Of a stretch of 32,000 nt of DNA, positions 8,470 to 16,891 are shown in pieces; positions within the stretch are counted from its first letter, which is position 1, and each line of letters begins with the position of its first letter. The notes below the pieces were generated by a model. It was not told the origin of the DNA. It saw nothing but the letters and a program-made list of their open reading frames with translations, and did no database searches. The translations under genes were made by a program, and so were the position numbers. Source of the stretch: Phycisphaera mikurensis NBRC 102666 (lineage in GTDB: Bacteria > Planctomycetota > Phycisphaerae > Phycisphaerales > Phycisphaeraceae); NCBI RefSeq assembly GCF_000284115.1, contig NC_017080.1, positions 2,250,001 to 2,282,000 on the forward strand, given 5' to 3'.

Positions 8470-9374
8470 AGGCCGGCCGCCTCGAGCACGCGCCGCTGCA
8501 GCGCCTGCTCCGGCGCCTCGTGCACGATGTTCATGCCCACCACCGCGTCCGCGAGGACGAAGCCGGCGGACTCGGCGTGCCAGGCCATCTCCAGCGTGCG
8601 GTCGATCACGTCGGCCGCGTGGAAGCAGCGGGCCTCGGGGGTGTCGGTGCGCCTCGTGTGCCGGAGCGCCGCCCGCACGGCCGAGGCGAGCGGCGCGTCC
8701 AGCTGCTCGTAGGCCTTCTCGAAGGCCGCCGACGTCACCCGCTCGGCGAGGCCATGGGCGGCGAGCAGGCGGTCACCGGCGAAACCCACGTCGGGCAGGC
8801 TGGCATTGAAGAGGTGGTGGGCGAGGCCGATCGTGCAGACCACGCCGGCGTCGGCGCCGAAGGCCTCGCTCATCAGCACGGCGTAGGCGGCCGTCATCCC
8901 ACAGTGGTCGCCGTGGCTCTCGGCCGGCTCCAGGTAGAGCCGGGGCATCGACGGGTGCGTGGCACCGGCGCGGGGCTGGTCCATCAGCACGTCCACGAAG
9001 CCGGGCGGCCGCGCGCCGCACGCGTGGGCGCCCGCCGCGTCGGCCAGCGCGTCGGCGGAGGGCAAGAATCCGCGGACCGCGGCCGAAAACACGGCTCCGG
9101 CCTCGCGGTCCGCGGCGCCGTGGGCAGAGAGCAGCTCCGGCGTGAGCCCGGCGAGCGCGACCTGCGCGACCAGCCGGCCGGCGAGAGCCGAGGCCACCCC
9201 CGCCGGCGTCGCACCGGAGGCGAGCCGGCCCCACGCGTCGGCGAAGGCCCGATCGACCAGCGACCGCCGCCCACCGCCCGCCGTGCGGACCCGCTTAAGG
9301 CCGTTCATCCGCCGCAGCAGCGGCGCGAGGCGCGCGAGCGCCTCCGCCTCGTCGTTCGAAAGCCCCACGTTCAC
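8427..9374 (-). CDS. HD-superfamily-like protein (YfbR/HD_3-like, divergent); function unknown
   Basis: Only the last ~315 codons of track ORF 8427..9890 look protein-like. The GTG at 9374 overlaps the upstream stop as [21 protein letters not shown] resembles the ENVSEHSLQVA region of Yfb[15 protein letters not shown] resembles YHDASEVLTGDLP, and [12 protein letters not shown] resembles KQADALCAYLK. The assignment is from memory and tentative. Confidence 0.5.
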
Positions 9375-10561
9375 CGCGTGGCCGCCGCTTCCACCCCGAC
9401 CCGCTCCTGCAGCTCGCGGATGCTCGCGAGCATGGCCTCGTCGTCGATCTCGTGCACGTCCACCGGATCGCCCGGCTCGCGGATCAGCGTGATCGTGAGG
9501 CGGCCGCCGAGGTGCTGGCGGAACTCCTCCAGCCCGTCCATGAGCTCCTCGGTGCGGGCGAGCGCGGGGTGCGAGGCGAGCAGCCGGAGGTCGTCGAGGC
9601 AGCCGAGGATCCGCTCGCAGTCCCGGGGCGGGAGTCCGAGGACGCGGCGGCTGTAGAGGCAGTCGATCGCGAGGCCGATCGCCACGGCGTCGCCGTGGCT
9701 CAGCGAGAAGTCGGTCATCGCCTCGAGCTTGTGCGCCGACCAGTGGCCGAAGTCCAGCGGGCGCGCCTCCAGCGCCTCGAAGGGGTCGCCGCCCTCGGTG
9801 ATGTGGCGGAGGTGCCACAGGGCGCTCTCCTTGATGACCGGCAGGGCCGCCCGCATGTCGCGCTGGGCGATCCGCTTCGCGTCCCGGCACAGGCGCCCGA
9901 AGGCGTCGGCGTCCTTGAGGAGGAAGACCTTCACCGCCTCGGAGAAGCCGGCCCGGAAGGCCCCGTCGGGCAACGACTCCAGCAGCTTGGCATCATTGAT
10001 CACCGCCCACGGCACGGCGAAGGTGCCCTTCCAGTTCTTCTTGGAGAAGAGGTTCACCGCGTTCTTGACGCCGATGCCGCTGTCGTCCTGCGCGAGGGTG
10101 GTGGTGGGCATCCGCACGAGGCGGACGCCGCGGTGCGCCACGGCGGCGGCGTAGCCGACCGCGTCGAGCACCGCTCCGCCGCCGATGACCAGCACGTAGT
10201 TGCGGCGGTCGACGTCGAGCTTGTTGAGCCGCGAGAGCAGGTTCTCCACCACCGCGGGGTCGTTCTTGACGCCCTCGCCGCCGTCGACGCGGACGATGCC
10301 GCCGACCTGCTCGAGGCGGTCGGGGTGCCGGTCGAACAGGTCGGTCACGCGGTCCACCAGGTCGGGCTCGCCATCGGCCACGCCGCCGTCGATGACCGGC
10401 ATCACGCGGACGCGTCCTTCGGCGGGTTCGAAGACGCCCAGCAGGGCTTGTTCGTCGTCGCCCAGCGCGTCGGCGGTGAAGCGGAGCCGGTGACGGAACG
10501 GGACGGAGAAGTCCACGTCGAAGCGGGCGGACGCGTTGGCGGGGTCGAGATCCTGAGGCAT
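9371..10561 (-). CDS. 3-dehydroquinate-synthase-superfamily sugar-phosphate cyclase (EEVS/DDGS/DOIS-like or AroB-like)
   Basis: ATG at 10561 (MPQDLD...); the upstream part of the track ORF is shadow sequence. Motifs: [95 protein letters not shown]. These correspond to the nucleotide-binding, substrate and metal sites of DHQS-fold enzymes. Confidence 0.85.
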
Positions 10562-10592
10562 TGCGGAGCGAGCGGGGGTTGTGCCGTACGGT

Positions 10593-10604
10593 CGACGGTA
10601 GCGC
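10593..10604 (-). promoter_or_regulatory. GCGCTACCGTCG element, a candidate -10 region for the seven-gene operon
   Basis: On the minus strand TACCGT (10600-10595) lies 33 nt upstream of the cyclase ATG at 10561. It is followed by the 8-bp palindrome CCGTACGG (10584-10591). Confidence 0.3.
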
Positions 10605-10672
10605 CCCCGGGAGCGGCCGGCCACCGCCCCGCGCTGGGTTTGCGGCTTGTCCTGGTGCGAAAGCCGGGCGGA

Positions 10673-10698
10673 CCCCGCCCCGTGCCGCGGGGGCGGGG
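10673..10698 (+). promoter_or_regulatory. GC hairpin (9-bp stem CCCCGCCCC/GGGGCGGGG, 8-nt loop) in the modA leader/divergent promoter region
   Basis: Perfect complementarity, read directly. It lies 27 nt upstream of the preferred modA GTG at 10725. Confidence 0.35.
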
Positions 10699-10724
10699 CT
10701 CGGGTCTCCGATAGCGTCGGGAGC

Positions 10725-11498
10725 GTGCGTGCCCGGACCCCCAGCAAGCCCCCGGACGCGGCGGTGCGAGCCGGACGCCTGCTGAGCCTGCTCGTCGCGC
10801 TCGCCGCCGGGGCGGCGGCGGGGTGCGGGGAAGCCGGCCCGCCGCCGCTGCGGGTGGGCGTGGCCAGCAGCCTCGGGGGCGTGGTGGACACGCTGATCGG
10901 GGGCGACGAGCGGGTGGAGGTGGTCGCCGCCTCGTCCGGGCGCCTGGCGGCGCAGACGCGGGCGGGCGCCGGCTTCGACGTGCTGGTCCTCGCCGGCACC
11001 GAGCGGATGGAGCGGCTCGCGGAGGAAGGCCGGGTCCTGCCGGCGACCGTGCGAGAGGTTGCGGACAACCGGCTCGTGCTGGCGGCCCGCCGGGCGGATC
11101 CGACGCGGCCCGGGGCGCACCGGGTCCTGGCGGTCGCCGAGCCTGCAACGGTCCCGCTGGGCCGCTACACGCGGCAGGCGATCGCCAGCGGGCGGCTCCG
11201 CACGCCGCTGCCGCCGGCCGTGGTCTACGGAGCCTCCGCCGCACAGGTCGCGGCCTTCCTGCGGGCGGGCGAGGTGGATCTGGCCTTCCTCTACGCCTCG
11301 GACGCCGGCCCCGGGAGCGGCTTGCTCGTGGTGGAGGAGGTCGCCGGGGACGCGCACGAGGCGATCGCGTACCCGGGAGCGGTGGTGGCGGGCGCGGCCG
11401 ATCCCGCACGCGCGGCGGCTCTGCTCGGGTCGTTGACGGACGGCCGCGGCCGCGCCGCCTTCCGCGCCGCGGGCTTCAGCGACCCGCCCGGCGGGTAG
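10725..11498 (+). CDS. modA: Molybdate ABC transporter substrate-binding protein
   Basis: LRVGVASSL...VVAASSGRLAAQTRAGAGFDVLVLAG...GRYTRQAI...AQVAAFLRAGEVDLAFLYASDA is ModA-like. The preferred GTG at 10725 gives a signal/lipobox-like LLSLLVALAAGAAAGC. The track ORF starts at a TTG at 10647. Confidence 0.8.
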   Translation: MRARTPSKPPDAAVRAGRLLSLLVALAAGAAAGCGEAGPPPLRVGVASSLGGVVDTLIGGDERVEVVAASSGRLAAQTRAGAGFDVLVLAGTERMERLAEEGRVLPATVREVADNRLVLAARRADPTRPGAHRVLAVAEPATVPLGRYTRQAIASGRLRTPLPPAVVYGASAAQVAAFLRAGEVDLAFLYASDAGPGSGLLVVEEVAGDAHEAIAYPGAVVAGAADPARAAALLGSLTDGRGRAAFRAAGFSDPPGG

Positions 11499-11508
11499 CG
11501 TCGGCGCC

Positions 11509-12147
11509 GTGCTGCTGCCCTCGCTGCGACTGTCGCTGGAGGTCGCCCTGCTGGCCACGCTGCTCGCGGCCGCGCTGGCGGTGCCGCTGGCTTGGGCGGC
11601 CCGCGCCGGGCGGCGGCGGCGGCGGGCCACGCGGATCGTCGAGGCCGCGGTCCTGCTCCCGCTGGTGCTCCCGCCGACCGTCGTCGGCTACGCCGGCGTG
11701 CGGATCCTCGGCCGCGACGGCCCGGCGGGCTGGCTCGGCGTGCCGCTGGTGTTTACGCTGCCGGCCGCCGTGCTCGCGGCCGCGCTCGTCGCGCTCCCGC
11801 TGGTCTACCTGCCGACGCGGGCGGCCTTCGACGCCCTCGAGCCGGACCTGCTCGACGCGGGCCGCCAGCTCGGGGCCGGCCGCTACGCCCTGCTCCGGCA
11901 CGTCGCCTTCCCGCTGGCCCGCGCCGGGCTCGCGGCGGGGCTGGTGCTCGGCTTCGCGCGGGCCCTGGGCGAGTTCGGGGCGACGGTCATGGTCTTCGGC
12001 TGGCAGCCCGGGCGGACGACGCTGCCCATCGCGATCTACGCCGCCTTCGAGCGCGGCGACCTGCGGGCCGCCGCGGCGCCCGCCGCCTGCCTCGCGCTGC
12101 TCGCGCTGGGCGCCGTGCTGCTGGAGCGGGCGCTGCGGCGGCGGTAG
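11509..12147 (+). CDS. modB: Molybdate ABC transporter permease
   Basis: Multi-TM protein with the ABC permease EAA-type loop LDAGRQLGAGRYALLRHVAFPLARAGLAAG and GEFGATVMVFG. Lies directly after modA. Confidence 0.85.
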   Translation: MLLPSLRLSLEVALLATLLAAALAVPLAWAARAGRRRRRATRIVEAAVLLPLVLPPTVVGYAGVRILGRDGPAGWLGVPLVFTLPAAVLAAALVALPLVYLPTRAAFDALEPDLLDAGRQLGAGRYALLRHVAFPLARAGLAAGLVLGFARALGEFGATVMVFGWQPGRTTLPIAIYAAFERGDLRAAAAPAACLALLALGAVLLERALRRR

Positions 12148-12151
12148 CGAA

Positions 12152-12166
12152 GCTCTACCCTCGCCC
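12152..12166 (+). promoter_or_regulatory. GCTCTACCCTCGCCC element (TACCCT is a -10-like TAnnnT) ending 1 nt before the xseA ATG
   Basis: Exact 15-mer shared with 14481-14495. TACCCT lies at 12156-12161, 6 nt upstream of the ATG at 12168. The element begins 5 nt after the modB stop. Confidence 0.4.
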
Positions 12167-12167
12167 G

Positions 12168-13490
12168 ATGCCCGCGCTCTTCGGCGATGACGCTTCCGAG
12201 CCCGCCGGCGCGAGCCGATCGCCGGGCGTGGCGGCCGACGCGCCCTGGCCGGTGTCCCGCCTCGCCGCCGGGATCCAGGCGGCGCTGCAGGAGGGCTTGC
12301 CGCGGAAGCTCCGGGTGGTGGGGGAGATCTCGAACCTCTCGGCCCGGAACCACTGGTTCTTCAGCCTCAAGGACGGCGACGCCAGCATCCGGGCCGTCAT
12401 GTTCGCCTCGGCCGCCCGCCGGGTCGCCTTCGAGGCACGCGACGGTCTCTCGGTGATCGCCACCGGCCGCGTCGACTATTACGCCGCGCAGGGCAGCGTG
12501 CAGCTGTACGTCGACGCGCTGCAGGCGGTGGGCGAGGGCGAGCTGGAGGCGGCGTTCCGGCGGCTCGCGCTGGAGCTGCGCGAGGAGGGTCTCTTCGCCG
12601 CGGAGCGGAAGAAGCCGCTGCCCGCCTACCCGCGGTCGGTCGCGGTGGTCACCTCCCGCAGCGCGGCGGCGCTGCAGGACGTCCGCGACACGGCCCGGCG
12701 CCGCTGGCCCGGCTGCCGGCTCGTGCTGGTGGACGTGCGGGTGCAGGGGCCCTCGGCCGCGCCGCAGGTCGCGGCCGCGCTGGCCCGTCTCTCCGCAGAG
12801 GGAGCCGCACTCGGCATCGACGCCGTGCTGCTCACCCGCGGCGGCGGGAGCATCGAGGACCTCTGGGCCTTCAACGAGCCGGACGTCGTCCGGGCGGTCG
12901 CCGCCTGCTCGCTGCCCACGGTCGCCGCCATCGGCCACGAGACCGACACGACGCTCGCCGAGCTCGCCGCCGACGCGCGGTGCGCGACCCCAACCCAGGC
13001 GGCGATGACGCTGGTGCCCGACGAGCGCCGGCTCCGCGAGCAGGCCGTGCAGCTGGAGCGGCGCCTCACGCTCGCCGCCGGGCGTCGGGTGGAGGCCGCC
13101 CGCGCCCGGGTGGAGGCCGCGGCCCGGCACCGGCTCTTCACCGAGCCCGCCCGGCTCGTCGCCGACGCCCGCGACCGCGTCGCCGCCGCCGAGCGCCGGC
13201 TGCACGCCGCCGTGCCGCGGCGCCTCGCCGCCGCCCGCGACCGGCTCCTCGCCGCCGAGCGGACGCTCGCCGCCGTCGGGCCGCAGCGCGTGCTCGCCCG
13301 CGGCTACACCTACACCACCGACGGATCCGGCCGGCCGCTCAAGACCGCCGAGGCCGCCGCGGGCAGCGCCAAGCTCGTGACGCGCTTCGCCGACGGCGAG
13401 GTCCGCAGCGTGCCGGAGCGGCGGGCCCGGCCGCGGCCGCCGCGCAGGCGTGGGCCGGACCCGGACACCGGCGGCCTCTTCTGCTCCTAA
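12168..13490 (+). CDS. xseA: Exodeoxyribonuclease VII large subunit
   Basis: ATG at 12168 (MPALFG...). OB-fold region VVGEISNLSARNHWFFSLKDGDASIRAVMF, catalytic region VAVVTSRSAAALQDV...LTRGGGSIEDLWAFNEPDVVRAVAACSLPTVAAIGHETDTTLAELAAD, and a coiled-coil C-terminus. Confidence 0.9.
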   Translation: MPALFGDDASEPAGASRSPGVAADAPWPVSRLAAGIQAALQEGLPRKLRVVGEISNLSARNHWFFSLKDGDASIRAVMFASAARRVAFEARDGLSVIATGRVDYYAAQGSVQLYVDALQAVGEGELEAAFRRLALELREEGLFAAERKKPLPAYPRSVAVVTSRSAAALQDVRDTARRRWPGCRLVLVDVRVQGPSAAPQVAAALARLSAEGAALGIDAVLLTRGGGSIEDLWAFNEPDVVRAVAACSLPTVAAIGHETDTTLAELAADARCATPTQAAMTLVPDERRLREQAVQLERRLTLAAGRRVEAARARVEAAARHRLFTEPARLVADARDRVAAAERRLHAAVPRRLAAARDRLLAAERTLAAVGPQRVLARGYTYTTDGSGRPLKTAEAAAGSAKLVTRFADGEVRSVPERRARPRPPRRRGPDPDTGGLFCS

Positions 13491-13518
13491 AGCCCCGTAC
13501 CGGGTCCCGAGCGGCCCG

Positions 13519-14325
13519 TCACTGCGCGTTCAGGCTCCAGTCGTACTCCAGGAACGACACCGCCTTCACCGCGCCGGGCAGGTCCGCGTGCTCGTCGAGG
13601 TAGGCCGCGGGGTCGCCGAACTCGTCGTCGTACCAGTCCATCAGCTTCGTGACCGCGACCGCGCCGCCGCCGTTCCACACCAAGAAGCGCGGCTCCTCCA
13701 CCGTCAACGAAGCCGCCCGCTGCTCGTTCATCTGCCGCTGCACCGCCTCGGCCGTGTACGCCTCGCCACGCAGCGGCGGGCAGGACCACGCCCCGCAGTT
13801 GACCGCGAAGTGGTAGCGGGCGTCGCCCGCGAGCGGCTTGATGTGCTCCTTCTCCAGCTGGTTCAGCGAGATCGTGCGGCCATCGTGCTTCACCCGCGGC
13901 GTATCGAAAACGGCCCCGTCCTCGACGTCGAGGATGCTCGTCACGCCGCCGCGGGTGCCGGCGCCGTTCTCCACGAGCAACCGCAGCACGCTCGCGTTGT
14001 ACACGTTGATCAGGTGCGCCAGCCGGGCGTCGTCGGAGGCGTCCGAAGCGACGCCCGCCGCGTCGAGATCCAGCAGCGCGTGCGTCTTCGGGTTCGACGC
14101 GAGGCCGCGGTAGTCGACGAGCCCCTCGGCGTCGACGAAGTGCCCGAGCAACCAATCGAATCCGGCCGTGGGCGAGACCCGGGTCTCCCCCCGCGCATGC
14201 ACCGCGACCATCACCGCCAGCAGCAGCAGCCCGAAGATCGCCTTCCTCAGGTCGCCGGGCCGGCGGAGGCTGCGCGACGGGACGGAGGTGCGGGAGCGAT
14301 CTCGGGAGGCGAGGAAGAACTTCAT
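13519..14325 (-). CDS. DUF547-domain protein with an N-terminal membrane anchor
   Basis: [28 protein letters not shown] and [11 protein letters not shown] match the DUF547 pattern (from memory). The ATG at 14325 gives MKFF...[14 protein letters not shown], a TM/signal segment. Confidence 0.75.
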   Translation of the reverse strand: MKFFLASRDRSRTSVPSRSLRRPGDLRKAIFGLLLLAVMVAVHARGETRVSPTAGFDWLLGHFVDAEGLVDYRGLASNPKTHALLDLDAAGVASDASDDARLAHLINVYNASVLRLLVENGAGTRGGVTSILDVEDGAVFDTPRVKHDGRTISLNQLEKEHIKPLAGDARYHFAVNCGAWSCPPLRGEAYTAEAVQRQMNEQRAASLTVEEPRFLVWNGGGAVAVTKLMDWYDDEFGDPAAYLDEHADLPGAVKAVSFLEYDWSLNAQ

Positions 14326-14480
14326 GGCGAGCCGGTGCTGCGGACGCGGCGAGTGCCGCACAGAGAGAGCCGGGAGATTACCCAACCCGCCTGGTCCCGC
14401 GCGGCCCCGCGCGGCCCCGCCGCGGACCGCCGGCGGGATCCGCTCGCGGAGCCGGCGGTCCGCGGCTCCCCGCTGCCTCG

Positions 14481-14495
14481 GCTCTACCCTCGCCC
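14481..14495 (+). promoter_or_regulatory. GCTCTACCCTCGCCC element abutting the uvrB ATG
   Basis: Exact 15-mer shared with 12152-12166. TACCCT lies at 14485-14490, 5 nt upstream of the ATG at 14496. No Shine-Dalgarno sequence fits in between. Confidence 0.4.
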
Positions 14496-16826
14496 ATGCC
14501 CACCGACTCCGAGACCGACGAGGAGGAAGCCATCGACGACTCCGGCTTCTTCAAAGGCCGCGACGGCGGCGGAGTCACCCCCTCCGCCGCCCACCGCGAC
14601 CGGCCCTTCCGGCTCGACAGCGCGTTCAAGCCCATGGGCGACCAGCCCACGGCGATCGCGTCGCTGGTCGAGCGGATCTCTTCGGGCGAGCGCTTCTCCA
14701 CGCTGCTGGGCGCCACCGGCACCGGCAAGACCTTCACGATGGCCCACACCATCGAGAAGCTCCAGCGCCCCACGCTGATCATCAGCCACAACAAGACCCT
14801 CGCCGCCCAGCTCTACGAGGAGATGAAGGAGCTGTTCCCCGACAACGCGGTCAGCTACTTCGTCAGCTACTACGACTACTACCAGCCCGAGGCGTACATC
14901 CCCCAGCGGGACATCTACATCGAGAAGGACTCGTCCCGCAACGACGACCTGGACCGCCTCCGCCTGGCGGCCACCTCGGCGCTGGTCTCCCGCCGCGACG
15001 TGATCGTCGTCGCCAGCGTCTCGTGCATCTTCGGCCTCGGCTCGCCGGACGAGTACAAGAAGCACGTCGTCGCGCTCAACGTCGGGCAGTCGATCAAGCG
15101 GCGCGACCTCCTGCGGTCCTTCGCCGACATGCAGTACAGCCGCAGCGAGTACGACCTCAAGCGGGCGAGCTTCCGCGTGCGCGGCGACGTGATCGAGATC
15201 GTCCCCGCCGGCGAGGAGTACGCCGTGCGGATCGAGATGTTCGGCGACGAGATCGAGAGCCTGAACCTCGTGAACCCGCTCACCGGCGAGCTGCTCGCCG
15301 ACGAGCGGGCGGTCTTCATCTACCCCGCGGTGAACTACGTGCTGCCCGAGGACGAGCAGAGCCGGGCGATCTCGGCGATCAAGGAGGAACTCGACGAACG
15401 CGTCGCCGAGCTGCGCAGCGAGGGCAAGCTGCTGGAGGCCCAGCGCCTGCTCGCCCGCACCAAGTACGACCTCGAGCAGCTCGAGGAGCTGGGCTTCTGC
15501 AACGGCATCGAGAACTACAGCCGCCACCTCGACGGCCGCCCCGCCGGCAGCATGCCGTACACGCTGCTGGACTACTTCCCCGACTCCACGCGCGGCATGT
15601 ACACCGGCGGCTTCGAGGAGCGTGGCCCCGACGGCGAAAAACCGGAAGGCCGCAACCCGAGCATGGCCGATCGCGTGCACGAGCGGCCCGACGGCACCGT
15701 GTGGACCGGCCCCGCCGGCGAGGCCTCCGCGGGCGACTGGCTGATGATCATCGACGAGAGCCACGTCACCCTGCCGCAGCTGCACGCGATGTACCACGGC
15801 GACCGGCACCGCAAGGAGACCCTCGTCGAGCACGGCTTCCGCCTGCCCTCGGCGATGGACAACCGGCCGCTGACCTACGACGAGATCGAGAAGAAGTGGC
15901 CGCAGGTCGTCTTCGTCTCCGCCACCCCCGGTGCGTACGAGCTGGAGAAGTCCGGCGGCGAGGTCGCCGAGCAGGTCATCCGCCCGACCGGCCTGCTGGA
16001 CCCGGTCATCGAGGTGCACCCCGCCGAGGGCCAGGTGCCCGACCTGCTCGAACGGGCCCGCAAGCGGGTCGCCGCCGGCGAGCGGATCCTGGTCACCACG
16101 CTCACGAAGCGGCTGGCGGAGGACCTCGCCAGCTACCTCGCGAAGAACGACATCAAGTGCCGCTACCTGCACAGCGACATCGAGACGCTCGACCGCGTCG
16201 TGCTGCTCCGCGAGCTGCGCGAGGGCGACTTCGACGTGCTCGTCGGCGTGAACCTGCTGCGCGAGGGGCTGGACCTCCCCGAGGTGTCTCTCGTGTGCAT
16301 CATGGACGCCGACAAGGAGGGCTTCCTCCGCTCGGGCCGCTCGCTCATCCAGCAGATCGGCCGGGCGGCCCGCAACCAGAACGCGTACGTGGTGATGTAC
16401 GCCGACGAGGTCACGCCGAGCATGGCCGAGGCGATGGAGGAGACCGAGCGGCGCCGCGAGAAGCAGCTGGCGTACAACGCCGAGCACGGCATCACGCCCA
16501 GAACGATCAAGAAGGCGATCCGCCGCGGCATCGAGAACGAGCTGCGCGCCCGCAAGACCGCCCGCGAGGCCGCCACCCCCGAGGGCAAGGAATACGACCG
16601 CGAGGAGCTGCTCGGCGAGCTCCAGAAGGCGATGATGGAGGCCGCCCAGAACCTCGACTTCGAGAAGGCCGCCGCCCTCCGCGACAAGATCAAGGAGGTG
16701 AAGGAGGCCCCGAACCTCGGCAAGATCACGCTGACCAGGGGCGAAGCCGCCGCCGTGAAGCCCGGCACGCCGGGGACGAAGGTGAAGAAGAAAAAGAAGA
16801 AGAACGCGAAGAAGCGGGAGGGCTGA
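14496..16826 (+). CDS. uvrB: Excinuclease ABC subunit B
   Basis: [17 protein letters not shown], Walker [29 protein letters not shown], helicase motifs [13 protein letters not shown] and QQIGRAARN, and the C-terminal UVR motif [18 protein letters not shown]. Confidence 0.96.
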   Translation: MPTDSETDEEEAIDDSGFFKGRDGGGVTPSAAHRDRPFRLDSAFKPMGDQPTAIASLVERISSGERFSTLLGATGTGKTFTMAHTIEKLQRPTLIISHNKTLAAQLYEEMKELFPDNAVSYFVSYYDYYQPEAYIPQRDIYIEKDSSRNDDLDRLRLAATSALVSRRDVIVVASVSCIFGLGSPDEYKKHVVALNVGQSIKRRDLLRSFADMQYSRSEYDLKRASFRVRGDVIEIVPAGEEYAVRIEMFGDEIESLNLVNPLTGELLADERAVFIYPAVNYVLPEDEQSRAISAIKEELDERVAELRSEGKLLEAQRLLARTKYDLEQLEELGFCNGIENYSRHLDGRPAGSMPYTLLDYFPDSTRGMYTGGFEERGPDGEKPEGRNPSMADRVHERPDGTVWTGPAGEASAGDWLMIIDESHVTLPQLHAMYHGDRHRKETLVEHGFRLPSAMDNRPLTYDEIEKKWPQVVFVSATPGAYELEKSGGEVAEQVIRPTGLLDPVIEVHPAEGQVPDLLERARKRVAAGERILVTTLTKRLAEDLASYLAKNDIKCRYLHSDIETLDRVVLLRELREGDFDVLVGVNLLREGLDLPEVSLVCIMDADKEGFLRSGRSLIQQIGRAARNQNAYVVMYADEVTPSMAEAMEETERRREKQLAYNAEHGITPRTIKKAIRRGIENELRARKTAREAATPEGKEYDREELLGELQKAMMEAAQNLDFEKAAALRDKIKEVKEAPNLGKITLTRGEAAAVKPGTPGTKVKKKKKKNAKKREG

Positions 16827-16840
16827 CGGGGTCGCCGCGG

Positions 16841-16861
16841 CTGCCCGCGGCCCGCGGGCAG
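16841..16861. terminator. Hairpin between convergent uvrB and the membrane-protein gene (candidate bidirectional terminator)
   Basis: CTGCCCGC (16841-16848) pairs with GCGGGCAG (16854-16861) around a 5-nt loop. No clear U-tract. Confidence 0.4.
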
Positions 16862-16891
16862 GCCGGAGGCCGCTGCCCGTCCGTGAAGCAC

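Noticed and set aside
10650-10724. A Moco riboswitch upstream of modA
   Set aside because: Only short strings (GAAAGCC, CTCCGA) recall the motif. Their order and the overall architecture could not be matched from memory, so this is left as a low-priority check rather than a call.
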